Origin: Candidatus Bathyarchaeia archaeon
GTDB lineage: Archaea > Thermoproteota > Bathyarchaeia > TCS64
DNA length: 46,065 bases
Direction: 5' to 3'
Assembly (NCBI GenBank): GCA_050014495.1
Contig: JBEKDF010000023.1
Location: forward strand, 1 to 46,065
The notes beneath the pieces were generated by a model that was not told where the DNA came from, made no database searches, and saw nothing but the letters and a program-made list of their open reading frames with translations. The position numbers and the translations under genes were made by a program. Of this stretch, positions 28,686 to 36,739 are shown piece by piece (positions within the stretch are counted from its first letter, which is position 1; the number at the start of each line of letters is the position of its first letter).

Positions 28686-29975
28686 CTAGTCCTTCTCTTT
28701 CTCGACGATCAGTACTAATCCCTCTTGTCTCTTTACCTTGATTTTATCGTCCTTCGTAAGGTTGCCTGAGGTGGATTCTGCCCTCCATATGATTCCACTG
28801 ACCCTAACCTCGCCTTTAGGTGTTAAGTCGCTTACCGCAACGCCTGTTTCGTTTATGAGCGACTCTGGGCCGGTTATTTTTGGCTTCTGTCTGAGGGGAC
28901 CTATCACCCATCTGAAGTAGAGCCCCAGGAATATGCCAATTACTATTAGAGCGAACAATTCCAAGTCTGTAGAAAACGTGATTGGAGACGGTGAATAGCT
29001 CAATCCGTTCGCCAAATAAAATATTCCAAATGCCCCCAATATAACTCCAGCCATCAAGGATAACCCGTGGCCTGTTTTTAATTCGAGAAAGATTAGGACT
29101 GCAGCAATCGCGATGATTAAGAATCCTAATATTGAGGCGTCGATTACCTCCGCGCCGATTAATCCGGCTAGAATTGATACTGTGCCAACGATTGTGAGTA
29201 CTATGCTGGCGTGTTGGATGTCCAAAACTATGGCTATTACACCCACTAAGATGAGTAATCCGTCTAGAGTTGGGTTGCTTAATGCGCTGATGAATTGCTC
29301 GTAGATGTTCTCGTTTATATTAATCTGGGATTGACCCGTTAGGCCAAGATCGTTGATTGCCTCATTGAGGGAATCTGCCTCGCTGTTGATTATGTGGTAT
29401 CTTAACGCTTGGTCAGTAGAATAGGCGACGTCGTTTTGTACCATTTGATAGGCAGCGGTTGTGTTGCGCCCCCATTTTTGGGCTAGGCCTACTAATAGGC
29501 TGAGCATTGCGGCTTGGGTGTGGTTCTGCTCGAGTGTTGTAGCACCTACTAAGATCGGTGTACTTGGGCCGATCTCGGATCCGCTGCCCATTATTATTTT
29601 GTTGCAGGCGAAAGCAATGTAGCTTCCAGCTGATGCCGCAAGAGAGTTTGGTGGAACGTAGGTGTAGGTTGGTATGCCACTGGCGTTGGCGTCGGCGATA
29701 GACGATACTATCGAAGTCATGTCGTTCAGAAGCCCCCCGGGTGTATCCATTGTGATGATTATTGCCGATGCCTTGGATGTGATTGCTTGGTTGACTGCCC
29801 TCTTCACGAAGAGTGAAGAGCCTGGGTCAACCTGTACATCGAAATTCACTACGATTATTGGGCCTGATGGATTAGTGGCGGCGTGTATATTATTGAATGG
29901 CATTAGGGAGCTGGAAAAGGTTAGCAGTAGGATCAGGGTTAGTATTTTGCTCCCGTATCGGAATTGATTGATCAT
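28686..29975 (-). CDS. nfeD: NfeD family membrane-bound serine protease (ClpP-like + TM + OB domains)
   Basis: MDTPGG, AASAG, TM block, C-terminal TGPESLI...GEVRVSGIIWRAES; directly upstream of stomatin. Start uncertain (29975 or 30041). Confidence 0.88.
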   Translation of the reverse strand: MINQFRYGSKILTLILLLTFSSSLMPFNNIHAATNPSGPIIVVNFDVQVDPGSSLFVKRAVNQAITSKASAIIITMDTPGGLLNDMTSIVSSIADANASGIPTYTYVPPNSLAASAGSYIAFACNKIIMGSGSEIGPSTPILVGATTLEQNHTQAAMLSLLVGLAQKWGRNTTAAYQMVQNDVAYSTDQALRYHIINSEADSLNEAINDLGLTGQSQININENIYEQFISALSNPTLDGLLILVGVIAIVLDIQHASIVLTIVGTVSILAGLIGAEVIDASILGFLIIAIAAVLIFLELKTGHGLSLMAGVILGAFGIFYLANGLSYSPSPITFSTDLELFALIVIGIFLGLYFRWVIGPLRQKPKITGPESLINETGVAVSDLTPKGEVRVSGIIWRAESTSGNLTKDDKIKVKRQEGLVLIVEKEKD

Positions 29976-30109
29976 CCTTACTCTCTTCCCAATTTGAAAT
30001 GAGCCTCCACACGAATTAAACACATCGCGTGCACTCTTCACATTGGGTCTATTGGGGGTCTTTTCCCTCGTGTTTATAGGATTGGAAGCTTTAATTCAGT
30101 CGATATCAA

Positions 30110-31306
30110 TTGGCTGAAGCTTTTTTCGCGAGGCAGCTTACACCGGAGAAGATTGAGAAACGTATCGAAGGCTATCCCTCCTGGCTCGAGATAGATCTCG
30201 ACGCCATCACGCATAACATTGAGCAGGTTAGGCAGAGAGTGCACGTCGAGGTTATCCCCTGTGTAAAAACAAACGCCTATGGTCACGGTTTGGTTCCCGT
30301 TGTGGCGCACATGATGAGGAGGGGCATCAAACAATTCCTGGTCGCCAAGCTGTGGGAGGCCGAGCAAATTAGGGATGCGGGCCTAGAGTGTGGGGTGATA
30401 AGCATGGATCCCCTGTTCTCCGACGAGCATTTTGATACCGTTGTGGCTCGGAACATTACTCAGACGGTCTATCAAAGGAGTACTGCGGATAGGCTCGAGG
30501 GCGCGGCTAAGAGGCTCTCAAAGAAGGCGAAAATCTGGGTTAAGATTGATACCGGGCTCGGCAGGGTCGGTGTCAGGTGGAGTGAAGCTGTTGAGCTTGT
30601 TCAATACATCTCGTCTCTTCCGCACATCGAAATATCTGGGATATTCTCCACCATGTCGGAGGACGCGGAGCTTGACAGGATACAGGTTGATAGAATGATC
30701 AGGGTGAGCCATGATCTGGATGACCGTGGGATAAAGTATGGAGTTCGTAGTATGGCGAGTGGAAACGCGGTTTTTCACCGCCCTTACGCGTTTTTAGATG
30801 CGGTGCGACCGGGTTTAATGCTATATGGCTTCTACTCTGACCCAGGGGATAGGGAGAGTGGTTTGGGCCTCAGGCAGGCGTTCGCCTTCAAGGCTCGGGT
30901 CGAGCAGGTGAAGTGGGTTGAGGCGGGTGAATCTCTCACCTATAGTCGGAGATTCACTGCCTCGAAGAGGATGAGGGTGGGGGCGGTTCACATTGGTTAC
31001 TCCGATGGTTACCCGCGGGGTATGACTAAGCAGGGCTTGGTTAAGGTCGGTGGGATGGTTAAGCCGGTTCTGGGAACGGTTTCTGTCAACCATTTTCTCG
31101 TCGATCTAGATGGGACTGGGGTTGAAGTTGGTGGAGTAGTGGAGGCCATTGGTAGGGAAGGTGAGAATAATGCTCATAATGTTGCGGAACTGGCTGGTAT
31201 CATGACGTATTCTCTCATGGTTGGGCTTCATCCAATGTTGCCGAGGGTTTATTTTGAGAAGGGTAAACCCGTTGCGTTGAGTGAGCTTAGGCTCGTCGAG
31301 CGATGA
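30110..31306 (+). CDS. alr: Alanine racemase family PLP enzyme
   Basis: WLEIDLDAI.HN, VKTNAYGHG (PLP Lys), KIDTGLGRVG, VRPGLMLYG, LTYS (catalytic Tyr), IGYSDGYPR. Confidence 0.88.
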   Translation: MAEAFFARQLTPEKIEKRIEGYPSWLEIDLDAITHNIEQVRQRVHVEVIPCVKTNAYGHGLVPVVAHMMRRGIKQFLVAKLWEAEQIRDAGLECGVISMDPLFSDEHFDTVVARNITQTVYQRSTADRLEGAAKRLSKKAKIWVKIDTGLGRVGVRWSEAVELVQYISSLPHIEISGIFSTMSEDAELDRIQVDRMIRVSHDLDDRGIKYGVRSMASGNAVFHRPYAFLDAVRPGLMLYGFYSDPGDRESGLGLRQAFAFKARVEQVKWVEAGESLTYSRRFTASKRMRVGAVHIGYSDGYPRGMTKQGLVKVGGMVKPVLGTVSVNHFLVDLDGTGVEVGGVVEAIGREGENNAHNVAELAGIMTYSLMVGLHPMLPRVYFEKGKPVALSELRLVER

Positions 31307-31345
31307 TCAGGATTTAAATTTATGCAGTGTGTATGGGTCAGAAGG

Positions 31346-31455
31346 GCCGGGGTAGCATAGCTTGGCTAATGCGCTGGACTCATGATCCAGAGGTTATAGG
31401 CACCAGTGCCTTAGCCGGATAGAGACCATGGGTTCAATTCCCATTCCCGGCACCA
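31346..31455 (+). tRNA. trnM: tRNA-Met (CAT), probably elongator, with 32-nt intron at 43/44 (31391-31422)
   Basis: Acceptor GCCGGGG/TCCCGGC plus ACCA; D-stem GCAT/ATGC; anticodon arm CTGGA-CTCATGA-TCCAG; T-arm ATGGG-TTCAATT-CCCAT; 32 extra nt with BHB-like ends; TTTAAA TATA box at 31313. Confidence 0.9.
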
Positions 31456-31646
31456 ATCTTGAATCCATGGCAAATTTTGGAGACTATCTGCATGATGTGA
31501 GGCGTCTTGTTCCCACCACTATCTTTGATAAGGTGAGGGTTATCCGGAGGCTTCGGAAGAGGGTCAATCTTTGGGATGTTTCAGCTGCTCGCGTGGGTTG
31601 GATTATTATTCGATCAATTATGGTGCTCAGTGGCCGAATCGGCTAA
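31428..31646 (+). pseudogene. Probable truncated site-specific integrase fragment reading through the tRNA 3' end
   Basis: Frame begins inside the tRNA T-arm (GSIPIPGT) and continues ANFGDYLHDVRRLVPTTIFDKVRVIRRLRKRVNLWD, resembling the core-binding domain of archaeal tyrosine recombinases; no catalytic domain follows. Confidence 0.5.
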
Positions 31647-33393
31647 CGGTTACTGTCACAGTGGCGGAGTGGGTTAGTGAACCACTAGTACTAGTTACCG
31701 TGATAGTGAACTTACCGGACTTGACGGATGATGGAACGGTTATCGACAGCGTCGATGTGGCAGATCCGCCTGATGCTAACGTTAGTGATGTGGGGCTAAC
31801 AGATACAGTCCAGCCACTTGGGGTAGTAACAGTCAGAGACACTGTGCCGCTGAACATGTTGAGCGATTTCTCTGTTATAGCCGAGGTTCCTTTAGACCCA
31901 GGCCTGAGAGTCAGAGAAGATGGCGATGCAGAGACGGAGAAGTCAGGCGCTACCACTGTAACTGTCACGGTGGCAGAGTGGCTCAACAAACCGCTTTTAC
32001 CCATTACCGTAACGGTGTATGTTCCCGCCGTGGTGCCAGCTGGAACTGTTATGGATAGTGTTGATGTGGCAGATCCACCTGATGCAGGCGTGACTGAAAT
32101 AGGGCTAACAGTCGTAGTCCAGCCAGTTGGAGCAGTACCCGTCAGCGCCACTGCGCTGCTGAACGTGTTGAGCGAGTTCACTGTTATAGTAGAAGTTCCG
32201 ACACCCCCAGCGTTGATGTTCAGAGCTGATGGAGAGGTATAGATGGAGAAGTCAGGCGTTGTTACGGGTACGAAATTAGTGGTAAGGGGGCTGCCTAGAC
32301 CTGTGACCAGATCGTAGCCCACCTTTGTGGAGTACCCGTTAGATCCGCTCGTTATATCGCGTAAGTATGAAGAATAGCTCGCTGATTTTGCATCTTTGTA
32401 GAAGTTGTTGTTGGTTGCTGTAAGTCCTAGTGACTGGATTGCTGCCCATTGGGGTGAGCCCGCACTCGTCCCACCGACCACCCACCACCCTGATGAGCCA
32501 GAATAGGGTGTGCTATCGTACACCGCTACACCTGAATTTGGGTCAGCGTCATAGGAAACATCTGGTACGGCTCGTTTGCTATTTGTCCCTGTTACGCCGT
32601 ATGTTACTTGGTAGGAGGGCTCAGGTATGTATTTGCTTACGCCGCCGCCGCTTCCACTCCAAGCAGTCTCTGAAGTAACTGCGCCGCCTCCATTAAAGGT
32701 AAGCTTCGTTCCGCCAACCCCGACTACGTTTGCTGAGACCGCTGGCCAGGAGACACCTGCCCCGCTGTCACCGGAGGAGGCGAAGAAAACTATTTGACCG
32801 CCATTATTGCTTGTGAAATGGGATTCGTAGCTTGATTCTCCCGAAAACTCGGATCCACCCCAGCTCATGGATATCGCGACGACGTCCGAGCGACTTCGGG
32901 CGTAATCCACTGCTGCGAGAAGATCAGTGTCGCTGCTCGAGGTTGCCTCAACTAGCAGTATTTTCGCACTGGGAGCCACTGCGTAGGCCCACTGGACATC
33001 GAGTGAGATCTCAAGCGCCCAGCCACTATCGGTTGGAATCCCCGATGACATCTTGTACTCCTCAAAATTCGGAGCAAGCAGACCGAATTGGGTGCTGAAT
33101 GTGTTCAAGTCTGCTGCAACCGTCGGGTCATCGTAGGCGTCCACGATGGCTATCGTTCCGCTGCCGCCTGTTGAAGGTAGATTATAAGCTGCTCGGATCT
33201 GCGTTGGAGAAAGCCCCGAGACAGCTAGAGAGGATGCTTTATCACGTAGATGGAATGTCGGGTGAGCCATCCAGCTGTTACTCGATTTGGCTAGGGAGGT
33301 TGGAGTTGATAGGACTAGGCTTGATACTACTAACAGAACTAATACTAAGGCCCAGACACTGGAGCCCATTCCCTTCAAGCTTTTCAATAACAC
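31627..33393 (-). CDS. Secreted S53 (sedolisin/kumamolisin-like) peptidase with two C-terminal beta-rich repeats
   Basis: Signal peptide; EISLD (catalytic Glu/Asp), SSGDSG, VPDVS, GGTSAG (Ser), GYDLVTGLGSP. Confidence 0.9.
   Translation of the reverse strand: MLLKSLKGMGSSVWALVLVLLVVSSLVLSTPTSLAKSSNSWMAHPTFHLRDKASSLAVSGLSPTQIRAAYNLPSTGGSGTIAIVDAYDDPTVAADLNTFSTQFGLLAPNFEEYKMSSGIPTDSGWALEISLDVQWAYAVAPSAKILLVEATSSSDTDLLAAVDYARSRSDVVAISMSWGGSEFSGESSYESHFTSNNGGQIVFFASSGDSGAGVSWPAVSANVVGVGGTKLTFNGGGAVTSETAWSGSGGGVSKYIPEPSYQVTYGVTGTNSKRAVPDVSYDADPNSGVAVYDSTPYSGSSGWWVVGGTSAGSPQWAAIQSLGLTATNNNFYKDAKSASYSSYLRDITSGSNGYSTKVGYDLVTGLGSPLTTNFVPVTTPDFSIYTSPSALNINAGGVGTSTITVNSLNTFSSAVALTGTAPTGWTTTVSPISVTPASGGSATSTLSITVPAGTTAGTYTVTVMGKSGLLSHSATVTVTVVAPDFSVSASPSSLTLRPGSKGTSAITEKSLNMFSGTVSLTVTTPSGWTVSVSPTSLTLASGGSATSTLSITVPSSVKSGKFTITVTSTSGSLTHSATVTVTVSRFGH
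31639..32256 (-). repeat. Two tandem 103-codon (309-nt) domain repeats within the S53 gene
   Basis: Both units start PDFS and share ASGGSATSTLSITVP and HSATVTVTV; starts at 32256 and 31947. Confidence 0.85.
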
Positions 33394-33618
33394 ACATGCC
33401 CCCTAAATTCTATTTATTGTAGTGTTTTTTTAATTAATAAATACATATAGACGTTTCGTGCGCGCCAATCTTGAATTCGGGCACACAAACAGTGTGAAAA
33501 TTACAACGTTGCATACATAGAGCTGTATGAATTCATTGATGATGTCTTGAAGTGTATCGGCATACATCTTCAAGACTTGTCGGGCGAAGGCCAGCGCTTT
33601 TAGAATTCAGAAAATTAG

Positions 33619-33780
33619 CTACTTAGGGGTGTTTTCATCTAATTTCATGTATTTGACCCAGCAGTTCATGCAGACTTCGCCTTTTCCGGGGATGTAGGCC
33701 ATGAAATCTTTGAGTTTCTCATTACATTCTGCGCATCTAGATTCTTCATATGTGATGGTGAGGCTAGTCAAGATGGTCAA
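33619..33780 (-). CDS. Small CxxC-CxxC zinc-finger protein (53 aa)
   Basis: Manual translation: MTILTSLTITYEESRCAECNEKLKDFMAYIPGKGEVCMNCWVKYMKLDENTPK; CTTATATA TATA box about 22-30 nt upstream. Confidence 0.65.
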   Translation of the reverse strand: MTILTSLTITYEESRCAECNEKLKDFMAYIPGKGEVCMNCWVKYMKLDENTPK

Positions 33781-33970
33781 ATGTGAGGTTTATGTTTGAT
33801 GTATATAAGCTCCATGAATTTTTAATACTCACTGATTGTATTTTATTTAATATCGATTAATAATTTCCAGCTGTTACCTAGTAGAGATATTAGTTATATG
33901 TTGTTGGAGAGTCCTTCACGTAACTAAATTAATCCATAAATGACAAATCATCTATTACAGTTAATAGATC

Positions 33971-34783
33971 GTGGTTTCCAGGTCTGTTCAGTTCGCGATT
34001 ATCCTTCTTCTACTATTAACATCAGCATATTTCGTAGATAGCGGTTTATTGGCTAGTAGGGTAACACCGGAAAAAGTTGGGAAGCAATCCGTAATAGTGG
34101 TCAGGGTAGACGATATCCAGGATTACGCCTTCAGAGACGCTCAGTTTTGCATCCTTAAAGTGAGCGCTGACCAACACGTACCGCTTAGCCTATCCGTTAT
34201 ACCTGGATTCTTCTCCCTTGACCAAGAACTCATTGACGCAGTCAAAGCTGCGGTACAAAATGGTTCAGAGGTCACAGATCATGGCTGGCTGCACGAAAAC
34301 CTGACAACCTTCTCATTGGAGGAGCAGGAGCAGAGGCTTACTCTGGCTAAGAACGCGCTGAATAACGTGTTGGGTGTGAAAACAACGATACTTGTGCCAC
34401 CTGACTTTGAGTTTAATAACGATACCCTCCTTGCGATGAAGAAGACTGGATACGATACTATCTCTAGTAGCACAGATTTCCAGAATGCAGGCGTGGGAAG
34501 AGATGGAATCGTGAATCTTCCATCAACAGTGAACTTTTCAGATTTAATTAATGATACTTGGTACAATAAACCGCTAGGGCAGTTAGACTCCGAGGTGAAT
34601 CAGAGCGTTTCGATGTATGGCTATGCTATGGTGGTTATACACCCGCAGGAACTGCTGAGTGGTGACAAGTTGAATCAGACGGCCGTTAAGACCTTCGAGG
34701 ACTTGTTAACGGATTTGTCTGGTAAGTACTCCTTCACAACTATCAAGGATCTATCGAATACGATTAAGAAGAGCGTTGGATAA
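33971..34783 (+). CDS. Secreted/membrane-anchored polysaccharide deacetylase (NodB/DUF2334-like)
   Basis: N-terminal hydrophobic segment, VRVDDI, HGWLH, LVPP, VIHPQE. Confidence 0.85.
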   Translation: MVSRSVQFAIILLLLLTSAYFVDSGLLASRVTPEKVGKQSVIVVRVDDIQDYAFRDAQFCILKVSADQHVPLSLSVIPGFFSLDQELIDAVKAAVQNGSEVTDHGWLHENLTTFSLEEQEQRLTLAKNALNNVLGVKTTILVPPDFEFNNDTLLAMKKTGYDTISSSTDFQNAGVGRDGIVNLPSTVNFSDLINDTWYNKPLGQLDSEVNQSVSMYGYAMVVIHPQELLSGDKLNQTAVKTFEDLLTDLSGKYSFTTIKDLSNTIKKSVG

Positions 34784-34790
34784 GGATTAG

Positions 34791-34870
34791 ATAACATAAT
34801 GTTATTAACATAATGTGACTATTTGATACATAATAATGTTTTTTATAAATATCTATTATTAATACATAAT
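34791..34870. promoter_or_regulatory. Putative operator array (perfect 15-bp palindrome plus three further ACATAAT copies)
   Basis: ATAACATAATGTTAT at 34791-34805; further ACATAAT at about 34808, 34828 and 34864, upstream of the EPS operon. Confidence 0.45.
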
Positions 34871-35075
34871 CCAAATATAAACCTCTGAATCTCTTTCTAT
34901 TAATGCAATCTAATATACCAGATTTAAACTTTAAAATAGAAATTAAAGGTATCTCTTATAAATTATTTGAATTTTTAAATCTAATCAATATTAAGATAAT
35001 TAATTTACAATTAAAGATGATTAAAATAAAATCTATATCAAAAATAGTGTCTGAGAAGAAGGAGACAGTTGAACC

Positions 35076-36005
35076 ATGGGGAATAGTAATAGTATACTGA
35101 TCATAGGTCTCGGGCAGATTGGCTACCACGACGCTGAATACATGACTAAAATCGGGCTTAAGGTAGACGGATACGATATCGATGAGAAGGCGACTAAGAG
35201 GGCTCTGGATAATGGGGTCATATCCCATGCTGCGACAGATTTCAGGGATTATGATAACTACATCGTTGCTATCTCGACGCATCGGCCCGGCGATATGTTT
35301 CAACCATTCCTGGACGGTTTAAACCAGGTCACCGATAGACTCAGAGAAGAGGGCAAGAAGAACGCCCTCTTGGCTGTTGAGAGCACCATCCCGGCGGGCT
35401 TCTCTAGGAAGATCTTTGATAGGCTTGGCCATCGGCTTCACGTCGCTCACGTTCCCCATCGGTTCTACATGCAGGAAAAGGAGACGCATGGTGTCAGGCA
35501 GCTGCGTGTGCTCGCTGGCTGCGAGCCCTGCTGCGTTGCGGCGGCTGAGTACCTATATGGCGACGTCCTTCACATTCCGGTCTATCCAGTTAGCTCAACG
35601 GTGTACGCCGAGCTTAGCAAGATAACAGAAAACACACATAGGTACCTCGAGATCGCCTTCGCCGAGGAGCTCAAGATCTACTGCGACGAGTACGGTTTAT
35701 CCTATCAGGAACTCCACGACGCTGTCAACACCAAGTGGAACGAGGGGCTGCTCGAGGCGAGAGCGGGTATTGGTGGTCACTGTCTGCCCAAGGATAGCCA
35801 GATGTACCTCAACAATGCGACTCCGGTGCTTAAGCATAGCCTGATCACAGCAGCAAAGCTCATCGACCAGGAATATAGGAGGCACATCGACCTCAACAGG
35901 GAAAAACTGCAGATGAAACAGGAGGTTGAGCAGGTATCTCCTCCTGATTCATTAGAGCCTACTAAGAAGGAATCGGCGAAGCCCAAGATTTCTGTAAGTG
36001 AATGA
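35076..36005 (+). CDS. UDP-glucose/GDP-mannose dehydrogenase family protein (WecC-like), lacking C-terminal domain
   Basis: IIGLGQIG, VESTIPAG, AELSKITENTHRYLEIAFAEEL, GIGGHCLPKD. Confidence 0.82.
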   Translation: MGNSNSILIIGLGQIGYHDAEYMTKIGLKVDGYDIDEKATKRALDNGVISHAATDFRDYDNYIVAISTHRPGDMFQPFLDGLNQVTDRLREEGKKNALLAVESTIPAGFSRKIFDRLGHRLHVAHVPHRFYMQEKETHGVRQLRVLAGCEPCCVAAAEYLYGDVLHIPVYPVSSTVYAELSKITENTHRYLEIAFAEELKIYCDEYGLSYQELHDAVNTKWNEGLLEARAGIGGHCLPKDSQMYLNNATPVLKHSLITAAKLIDQEYRRHIDLNREKLQMKQEVEQVSPPDSLEPTKKESAKPKISVSE

Positions 36006-36739
36006 CTTTGAAGCTCTCACAGGCGGGCGCGATCTCAACAACAATCGTCATCGTGCTTGGGATCCTGATGGTCGCGCCGATCTTTGCGCGTACAGCCTTG
36101 AAGTCGGAGCCTCTCCAGGTCGTGCTTTTATTCAGCGTGCAGGATATGGCGAACTCCACCACTTGGTGCAGTGAGGTGGGGTCGTTCCTGCGCTCGAGAA
36201 ACATTGCTGCCACGGTTTTCTTCACGGGAAACGTGGTGGATTCATCCAACTCGAGTATCATCTCCGAATTCGGTGGAGTCGTCGACGTAGGGAGCATGAC
36301 CTATGACTATGTGAATCTCAACTCCATTTTGGATTACTCGGAGCAGCTTCAGCAGATTGCCGAGGGTAAGATGGCTGTCGACGCGGAGGGCAACGTGACC
36401 TCACGAGTCTTCATGGCTCCCTATGGTTCGGTGAACAGCGACATCTACTCACTGCTTAATAGGAGTAACATCACCGCGGACTTCTCCTATAGTGATCACT
36501 ACAACAAGTTCGTCGGTGGCCAGTTCATTAGGATGGATCTTCAGGTTTATGACTACGATAGGCACAACCCTGAATATTATCTCTCGATCACCGACAAGCG
36601 TGAGCCGGTCGCCATCAGGATAAGTGACTCCGTTCCACCCGGTCAGGTGGAGGCGTTCATCTCTCAGCTAGCCTCGGGCAACGTCCGCTTCATTAGCGCC
36701 TCGGAGCTGACTGGCCTAGAGCTGACTACAAGGCGCTGA
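36002..36739 (+). CDS. Polysaccharide deacetylase-fold protein, probably degenerate
   Basis: N-terminal TM; NodB-like ATVFFTG, FMAPYG and VRFISASEL blocks, but no DD or HxxxH motifs. Confidence 0.7.
   Translation: MTLKLSQAGAISTTIVIVLGILMVAPIFARTALKSEPLQVVLLFSVQDMANSTTWCSEVGSFLRSRNIAATVFFTGNVVDSSNSSIISEFGGVVDVGSMTYDYVNLNSILDYSEQLQQIAEGKMAVDAEGNVTSRVFMAPYGSVNSDIYSLLNRSNITADFSYSDHYNKFVGGQFIRMDLQVYDYDRHNPEYYLSITDKREPVAIRISDSVPPGQVEAFISQLASGNVRFISASELTGLELTTRR

Noticed and set aside
31391..31422. Long variable arm or selenocysteine/pyrrolysine-type tRNA
   Set aside because: The anticodon is CAT, and the insert has splice-motif ends whose removal restores a standard 5-nt variable loop.
31571..32242. 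223-aa Val/Thr-rich plus-strand ORF with repeats
   Set aside because: Antisense mirror of the Thr/Ser-rich repeats of the S53 protease.
33430..33606. Helical-looking minus-strand frame ILKALAFARQVLKMYADTLQDIINEFIQLY
   Set aside because: Immediately preceded by an in-frame stop and not assignable to a family; may be a remnant but is unsupported.
34903..35303. ORFs 34903-35100 (+) and 34956-35303 (-)
   Set aside because: Ile/Lys/Asn-rich products of AT-rich intergenic DNA, or antisense overlap with the dehydrogenase.
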